Positions 58,043 through 64,000 of a stretch of 64,000 nt of DNA are shown piece after piece (the stretch's first letter is position 1; each line of letters starts with the position of its first letter). The position numbers were made by a program, and so were the translations under genes. The DNA is taken from the NCBI GenBank assembly GCA_037444665.1, contig JBBILZ010000001.1, positions 46,869 to 110,868 of the forward strand, read 5' to 3'. This DNA comes from a candidate division WOR-3 bacterium. Lineage in GTDB: Bacteria; Hydrothermota; Tepidihabitantia; SM23-42; JAOAFX01. The notes under the pieces are model-generated. The model was not told the origin of the DNA. It worked only from the letters and a program-made list of their open reading frames with translations, and made no database searches.

Positions 58043-59038
58043 TTATCTAAACTCTGATAGTCTCTGTTTAAGATAATCTATCCTTTTGACCGGCATCGGG
58101 TCTGTGCCTTTGTTCCGGGCAAGATACAAGCTCAAAAAATCGCCGAGCATTATTGTCCAGAACATCTGTTCTAAAAGGTTTCTGCCCAAAGGATGGATAT
58201 CAATAGTCTGCAATCCCTTTAGCTCATTCTTCAAAATCTCCTTGATGATCCTGACCCTCAGCTTATTACGGGAAAATCCATTCGGGTCATTGAGAAAAAT
58301 AATAATTGTATGTTTATTTATTTGTGCTGGCTTGCCCAGACCAACAATTTCATTGTGATTCATCTCAGGAATGATATTGGTATGGCACAACATCTTTGCA
58401 TTTTCGTTCAACTGGCATTGCCACCGCTTCGCCACAACTCCGAATGCATTTGAATCCGCATAGATTATGGGCATCTTATTCAAAATCAGCCCTGCTAAAA
58501 TCTTTCCTTTTTGTTCCAGTTTTTTTGCCTGTTTTTTTAGAAACAGAGCGGTTTTTATAAGTATTGGTTCAGGGTCCTTTTTTATTAAACCTGCTTTATA
58601 AAGGATAATCGGTATCGGTGTAAATAGATAACCAAGTGCACCCCTGGGCGGAAACCCTCTGGGAATCTTGATATTGAGCAATGCCTCTTTCTTTAATAAC
58701 TCTCCATTAGAAGAGATTACTGCAATTTTATTACCATTTTTTTTCAGATGACGGTAATTACTCAGGGTCTCTTCTGTATTCCCGGAATAACTGACCAGAA
58801 TGGCAAAGGTTCTTTTATCAATATATCCGGGAATCTGGTAATCTTTATTAACGATTATTTCAAGTTCCGGATATAAAACCGAGGCAATATCACCACTGAT
58901 ACCTGAACCGCCCATGCCACAGATTAAAATTTTATTAAATTTTTGTGCCTTAATATCTTTGCTATAATATTGAAAATTTTTAATTGTCTCAAAAATCTGG
59001 TCAGGCAAAGAATGGATTATTTCGCGCATCCCTTTCAT
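58043..59038 (-). CDS. bifunctional phosphoglucose/phosphomannose isomerase
   Basis: GMGGSG, SYSGNTEET, NENAK, PEMNHNE. Confidence 0.92.
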   Translation of the reverse strand: MKGMREIIHSLPDQIFETIKNFQYYSKDIKAQKFNKILICGMGGSGISGDIASVLYPELEIIVNKDYQIPGYIDKRTFAILVSYSGNTEETLSNYRHLKKNGNKIAVISSNGELLKKEALLNIKIPRGFPPRGALGYLFTPIPIILYKAGLIKKDPEPILIKTALFLKKQAKKLEQKGKILAGLILNKMPIIYADSNAFGVVAKRWQCQLNENAKMLCHTNIIPEMNHNEIVGLGKPAQINKHTIIIFLNDPNGFSRNKLRVRIIKEILKNELKGLQTIDIHPLGRNLLEQMFWTIMLGDFLSLYLARNKGTDPMPVKRIDYLKQRLSEFR

Positions 59039-60790
59039 CTATTTCATTACTGCTTCAATACCGGAAAATCTTTTTCTAACGATTCTGTTTAAGAATTTTT
59101 TTACCTCAAGTGCAGTGCGATAGTTTAGTGCCTCCTGAGCAATCTCCTGGCAGTGTGGAATTGTAAGTGTTCTTAAGACAAGTTTTGCCCGTGGTATTGA
59201 AGATGGGCTCATTGATAGTTCATCAATACCCAGACCAATCAGGAGTGGAATTGCCAGAGGGTCACCTGCAAGTTCACCACATAATCCTACCCAGATGTGT
59301 GCACTATGTCCAGCACTGGTAATCTCTTTGATCAATTTCAGGACTGCTGGATGATAATGGTCAAAGAGCTGGCTAATCTTTTCATTACCACGGTCAACTG
59401 CCAGTGTATACTGGGTCAAGTCATTTGAACCAATACTGAAAAAATCTACTTCCTGGGCAAGATATGGTGCCAGCAGTGCAGCAGAAGGGGTCTCCACCAT
59501 AATACCAAGCTGAATCCCTTCATCAAATTCAATTTTTTTTGATTTCAATTCCTGCTTTACTTCGTTAAAGATTAATTTCACCCGCTTAATCTCTTCATAA
59601 GTAGCAATCATCGGAAACATAATCTTGATATTTTTATTTACAGATGCCCTTAATATTGCCCTGATCTGAGTTTTAAAAAAATCCTTTTCCTGGAGGCAGA
59701 CACGGATTGCCCGCCAGCCCAGAAATGGATTTGCCTCATGATAATCAGAAAATAATTTATCACCACCAAGGTCATAGGTTCTGATAATCACCGGATGCGG
59801 CTTCATCTTTTTTGCCAGTGCATTATATACCTTGAATTGCTCATCTTCAGATGGACTGCCCCGCCTTGCCAGATATAAAAATTCAGTTCTGAATAGACCA
59901 ATTCCTATGGCACCATATTTTAGCGCCTGGCTGGCTTCAGCATAAAATTCTATGTTGGCAGAAATATCTATGTGCTTACCATCCCTTGTTTCTGGTTTTA
60001 ATTCGCACACCGGCAACAATGCCTTTTCCAGTTGCTGGGATTTTTTCTGCAATGATTCATAATAGGTTATCTTCCCTGCACTCGGATAGAGAATAACAAT
60101 ACCCCTCTCACCATCAACAATCAGTTCATCACCATTTTGAACCTTTCCCATCAATTCACCTATGCCAAGTATTGCTGGAATCTCAAGGGCACGCGCCGTA
60201 ATTGCGGTATGGGATGTTCTACCACCCAGTTCCATTGCAATACCAATGACATTCTTAGGATTTATCAATGTTGCCTCTGAAGGCGGCACATCACGCGCAA
60301 CAATGATAGAACCCGGTGGTGCCTCAAGCACTGAAGTATGTGATATGCCCAGAAGATTTTTTAAGACCCTATCTTCCACATCATATATGTCAACAACCCT
60401 TTCTTTGAAATAGGCATTCTTACTTTCACCGAGTTTTTTTGCATACTCATTAATTACTTCGTTATAAATATACTCTACATTCTTTTTTTCATCAAATATT
60501 CGTTGTTTTACCATTTCAATTATTGACTCATCATCAAGCATCATAATCTGGGCATCAAGAAATTGACCAAAATCTTCGCCAATCTCCCGGTTAATCTGTT
60601 CTTTAATCTTATGCAATTCTTCTTTTGTCTTTTCTATGGCACGCTCAAACCTTGCAACCTCTTCTTTTAAATACACTGGCAGGATTGGGGTCTGGAACAC
60701 TTCAGTCTTCTTAATCTCATAAATAAATGCCTTGCCATAGGCAATGCCTTTTGATGCTGGAATACCGTGGAGAATTTTTTCCTTGGGCAT
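59039..60790 (-). CDS. ptsI: PTS enzyme I
   Basis: GGRTSHTAI, GLFRTEFL, EANPFLGWRAIR, SIGSNDLTQY, CGELAGD. Confidence 0.96.
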   Translation of the reverse strand: MPKEKILHGIPASKGIAYGKAFIYEIKKTEVFQTPILPVYLKEEVARFERAIEKTKEELHKIKEQINREIGEDFGQFLDAQIMMLDDESIIEMVKQRIFDEKKNVEYIYNEVINEYAKKLGESKNAYFKERVVDIYDVEDRVLKNLLGISHTSVLEAPPGSIIVARDVPPSEATLINPKNVIGIAMELGGRTSHTAITARALEIPAILGIGELMGKVQNGDELIVDGERGIVILYPSAGKITYYESLQKKSQQLEKALLPVCELKPETRDGKHIDISANIEFYAEASQALKYGAIGIGLFRTEFLYLARRGSPSEDEQFKVYNALAKKMKPHPVIIRTYDLGGDKLFSDYHEANPFLGWRAIRVCLQEKDFFKTQIRAILRASVNKNIKIMFPMIATYEEIKRVKLIFNEVKQELKSKKIEFDEGIQLGIMVETPSAALLAPYLAQEVDFFSIGSNDLTQYTLAVDRGNEKISQLFDHYHPAVLKLIKEITSAGHSAHIWVGLCGELAGDPLAIPLLIGLGIDELSMSPSSIPRAKLVLRTLTIPHCQEIAQEALNYRTALEVKKFLNRIVRKRFSGIEAVMK

Positions 60791-61047
60791 CAGTCCTGTC
60801 CTTCTAAAATCTGTCTTAAGGCAGCGAATGCCTCTTTTTCATCTTTACCATTGCAGACCAATTGAACCTTTGCACCCTTTTCACAGGCAAGTGTCAGGAT
60901 TCCCATAATGGACTTACCATTCACCTTTACGCCATCCTTTATCAATTCCACTTTGCAGGCAAACTTATCTGCAAGTTTAACAAAGCGTGAAGCAGGCAGG
61001 GCATGGAGCCCATTTTCATTCAATATTGTAATCGTCTCTTTTATCAT
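60790..61047 (-). CDS. ptsH: HPr phosphocarrier protein
   Basis: GLHALPA, NGKSIMG. Confidence 0.93.
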   Translation of the reverse strand: MIKETITILNENGLHALPASRFVKLADKFACKVELIKDGVKVNGKSIMGILTLACEKGAKVQLVCNGKDEKEAFAALRQILEGQD

Positions 61048-61739
61048 ATCTTTATCAGCAGATTAATTATTATCAAAATAAACACAAAAGTCAAGATGAG
61101 GATTGGCGGAATCTTTTTCCATAAAAATAACAGGAAGATTCCGGCAAGCGGTATTAAAAAAATGAGGTTGTAATTCTTTTGTAGCACAATGGGCATCAAA
61201 CCAACAAAAAAAGCACCTAAATTTTCAAACCATCTTTGTGTCTGCGTAAATTTGTGTGTCTTCAAGATATAAATAATATCCCAGCCCTGTTTATATCCTG
61301 CAGAGAAACCAGTAAAACGATGGTACAAGTGTAAAATATTGTAGACAACAAAAAATATCAGAGGTCCCGCAATACCAAATTTTAAGCCGATTATAATCGC
61401 CAGCAATAATAATGCAGGCCTTATGGTCTGCCAGAAAAGTGTATCACCGGCTGAAGCAAAAGCAGATTGCCCAACCAAAATATAATTTTTAATTTTTTCT
61501 GGGTCTTCCTCTTTTTCGTATGCCCTCAATACTGCACCAATGATATAGCCTGCCATATATGGATGGGTATTGAAGAAGACCCGACTGTTTTGTAATAGTC
61601 TTTCATGCTTATCTCTATCTAAACCAGCCCGTGTAGTAAATAAAAAGCCCAGTGATTGCAGAGAATGGAATGACCATGAAGACTGTAAAAACAGGCTCGT
61701 AAAAAATAATTTTATAAGACGAAAAAAGCCAAGGCGCAT
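61044..61739 (-). CDS. mannose-family PTS IID component
   Basis: LQSSW, FFNTHPY, GDTLFW.T.RP. Confidence 0.88.
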   Translation of the reverse strand: MRLGFFRLIKLFFTSLFLQSSWSFHSLQSLGFLFTTRAGLDRDKHERLLQNSRVFFNTHPYMAGYIIGAVLRAYEKEEDPEKIKNYILVGQSAFASAGDTLFWQTIRPALLLLAIIIGLKFGIAGPLIFFVVYNILHLYHRFTGFSAGYKQGWDIIYILKTHKFTQTQRWFENLGAFFVGLMPIVLQKNYNLIFLIPLAGIFLLFLWKKIPPILILTFVFILIIINLLIKI

Positions 61740-62350
61740 AATACCCCTATTATTAAAAAAGGAAAAGAACTTCTTTTAAAATACAGATAGATACCATTAG
61801 CAATAGATAATGCCACGACTACAATCATTAAAAATTCTTTATTAATGGAACCTACTGGAAACTGTATGAAATTCACAATCGCAAATAATGGTAAAAATAT
61901 TATTATCCCTCTTAAAAATGAGGTAAGGATTCCTGCAAGATGGTAAAAAGAAAGACTGGATTTATTGCGTAAAAAGCGGTAATAGAGCTGTTCATTGATA
62001 CGGCGCACAAAGATATCAAGCATACTACCTAAAATTGAAGCAAGTATACCAATAAAAAATACGATTATGAAATTTGGTTCTGATTGATTTATCTGCTTTA
62101 AAATAAAATAAGAACCACAGCCCGCAATACCAGCAGCCTGTGCATCAGGCGGAACATCCCGTCCAATCGGCAGATTTGCGAGAAAGATCATCTGGAAGAG
62201 TGCGCCAATAAATATCCCGGCGCTTATATCACCACACAATGCACCGATAATGGTTCCGGCAATGAGCGGCTGTGATATGCCAAATTCACCGATTGCGTAT
62301 TTATCAAGCAGTATAATTGCACCAATAATACCAAGAGCCAATATTATCAT
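61712..62350 (-). CDS. mannose-family PTS IIC component
   Basis: SQPLIAGTIIG...GD..., PIG...PPD. Confidence 0.85.
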   Translation of the reverse strand: MIILALGIIGAIILLDKYAIGEFGISQPLIAGTIIGALCGDISAGIFIGALFQMIFLANLPIGRDVPPDAQAAGIAGCGSYFILKQINQSEPNFIIVFFIGILASILGSMLDIFVRRINEQLYYRFLRNKSSLSFYHLAGILTSFLRGIIIFLPLFAIVNFIQFPVGSINKEFLMIVVVALSIANGIYLYFKRSSFPFLIIGVLCALAFFVL

Positions 62351-64000
62351 AGTGAAATTTTTACGCTTGGCGGTTTTGAAAATATTAGTAAAACAGCGAA
62401 TCCCTGAAAAATCTTTTCAAATCCAGACTCTGATGATGAAATGGTCTCAATCGGATATGAGAGTAAATGGCATTTTTCATTGAGTATAAATCTAATGGGT
62501 TCTAAATTATCGCCTGTAATACTAAAATTCTGGATATCTTCAATTTCCTTAAGTTCATACAGACTATATTTATTGTCTATCTTGAGGTTGGCATTAAAGA
62601 TACCCAGTGAAAATTCTATACCCAAATTCTGTGTCTCACCCTGATATATAAATTCAATAACTGGTTCTGTCTCACCAATCCTGATTATTTTTTCCAATTT
62701 TATATCATCATTCTGCCAGCAAAATTCGTTGGGCTTAAAACCTGTTAATCTATATTTTATAGGCGTGCCAAGATTCTTCTGGCGATAAAAATCTTCAGCA
62801 GAAGGTAATTTATCAATTTTAAACTCCTGACCGAATGCCCGGCTATATCTGTCATAGACAAGGAATTTATACAGGTCCTTACCTTTGCTGCGAATTATTT
62901 CATGGATTGATTTCACCTCATCGTCATTTGTAGCTTGATTAATCAAACTATGATACTTTTCCCTTCTCCTGCCCAGATAATTTAAGATATTAATTCTACG
63001 CTGACGGTCATCTATTTCAATGAAGCTTCCTTTATCTTTTTTAATAATACAGAAAAGATGTGCAGTATTTACTACAAACTCTTCATCACCATCAGTATCA
63101 ATATCAAAATTTTCTACACCCTGTTTAATATTATACGACTCGGCTTCAATAAGGTTACGATAAACTGCCTCTCTGAGATGGGGTAAGTATAGACCACCAA
63201 ATATTCCATGCCAGTACGCACAGGAGCATTCACCACGCCATAAACTGAGCTTGGCATTGATATCGTCCTTGATACGATTTGAGACATAAAGCATACGCTT
63301 ATGCATCAGATTTGCTTCAGGATAGCGAGTCAAGAAATTCTTGAAATAGCCGCCATGCACTAAATGATAATATTTATGGTCAATGGTTCTTTTCAATTCT
63401 ACATAGTTTTGGCCTGCCTCAAGGGGCAGAACCCATTCTCCCATTTCCTCGTATGATGCAGTAGGAATATAGATTCTACCGGCAGGTGGTTCAGAGTTAA
63501 TAATCTCTTTTAAATGGACCGTTTTAATCCATTTTGCATTATTTAAAAAATCAAGAAATTTTTCCAGCCACTGTTCTTTATAGACCCAGGTATGTGTCCC
63601 GGGCCAGACCCCAAACTTTTCACCATCATCACCAAGCACCTTTAACACACCAGGGCATCGCCCTTCTTCTTGTTTCAGGTAATTATTAACCTCTTCTACT
63701 GGATGAAAAGGAATTAAATATCTTAATTTCATTGAGATGGGAAATAATCTTAAAATCCTGCCACCGTCCTCAGTAATAAAATAATTATTCAACTCATCAT
63801 TGCTCAGCCCTGCATAAAGAAAATGTGTATCATCAAGTAGCGTATAATCAATACCGGCTTGCAAAAGCAAAGGGACCAATCCTGGTTCCCAGACCCGTTC
63901 AGTCAACCAGAGACCACGGGCTTCATAACCGAACATTTTATAAATGTATTCTTTGAAATACTTAATCTGTTCAACCACATCACGGGATGGAATTAAAGAA
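62347..64000 (-). CDS. GH57 alpha-amylase / 4-alpha-glucanotransferase (5' end outside the window)
   Basis: GLWLTERVWEP, DDGEKFGVWP, YWHGIFGGLYLPHLR; frame is open to the window edge. Confidence 0.92.
   Translation of the reverse strand, partial: SLIPSRDVVEQIKYFKEYIYKMFGYEARGLWLTERVWEPGLVPLLLQAGIDYTLLDDTHFLYAGLSNDELNNYFITEDGGRILRLFPISMKLRYLIPFHPVEEVNNYLKQEEGRCPGVLKVLGDDGEKFGVWPGTHTWVYKEQWLEKFLDFLNNAKWIKTVHLKEIINSEPPAGRIYIPTASYEEMGEWVLPLEAGQNYVELKRTIDHKYYHLVHGGYFKNFLTRYPEANLMHKRMLYVSNRIKDDINAKLSLWRGECSCAYWHGIFGGLYLPHLREAVYRNLIEAESYNIKQGVENFDIDTDGDEEFVVNTAHLFCIIKKDKGSFIEIDDRQRRINILNYLGRRREKYHSLINQATNDDEVKSIHEIIRSKGKDLYKFLVYDRYSRAFGQEFKIDKLPSAEDFYRQKNLGTPIKYRLTGFKPNEFCWQNDDIKLEKIIRIGETEPVIEFIYQGETQNLGIEFSLGIFNANLKIDNKYSLYELKEIEDIQNFSITGDNLEPIRFILNEKCHLLSYPIETISSSESGFEKIFQGFAVLLIFSKPPSVKISL

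Noticed and set aside
690..62644. Numerous short antisense or overlapping ORFs in the track (e.g. 15314-15748, 23027-23491, 49482-50012, 51742-52362)
   Set aside because: They are shadows of well-supported genes on another frame or strand and carry no recognisable motifs.
1..64000. Prophage or IS element
   Set aside because: No integrase, transposase, terminase or structural phage genes were recognised.

Overview
A 64-kb window of an AT-rich, gene-dense diderm bacterial chromosome using the standard genetic code. LpxA, LptE, a PorV-like barrel and T9SS/FlgD-type C-terminal sorting domains point to an FCB-related uncultured lineage such as WOR-3 (inference). Most of the window is housekeeping: glmS, galT, type V FBP aldolase/phosphatase, M42 peptidases, GDP-sugar enzymes, truB, fabZ-lpxA, hutI-ftcD, PTS genes, PGI/PMI and GH57. 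No rRNA, tRNA, CRISPR array or transposase was seen. Main points of interest: (1) At 1.7-8.7 kb a soluble-adenylyl-cyclase-like twin class III cyclase + STAND ATPase stops where its TPR sensor should begin. It is followed by three paralogous free-standing TPR cassettes with a shared N-terminal motif. The cyclase appears to lack both adenine-selecting residues, and the locus is divergent from a DUF2791/BrxD-like ATPase operon. (2) About 19 sigma70-type promoters have a 16-bp rather than 17-bp spacer, and many appear to drive leaderless mRNAs. (3) Dispersed 7/8/9-mer tandem repeats and REP-like hairpins occur at several sites; they supply two stop codons and part of the LptE signal peptide. (4) A sigma54-type promoter precedes an envelope operon with an extremely Trp/Tyr-rich protein. 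(5) A duplicated TPR + ExeA-like ATPase module sits upstream of fabZ-lpxA.
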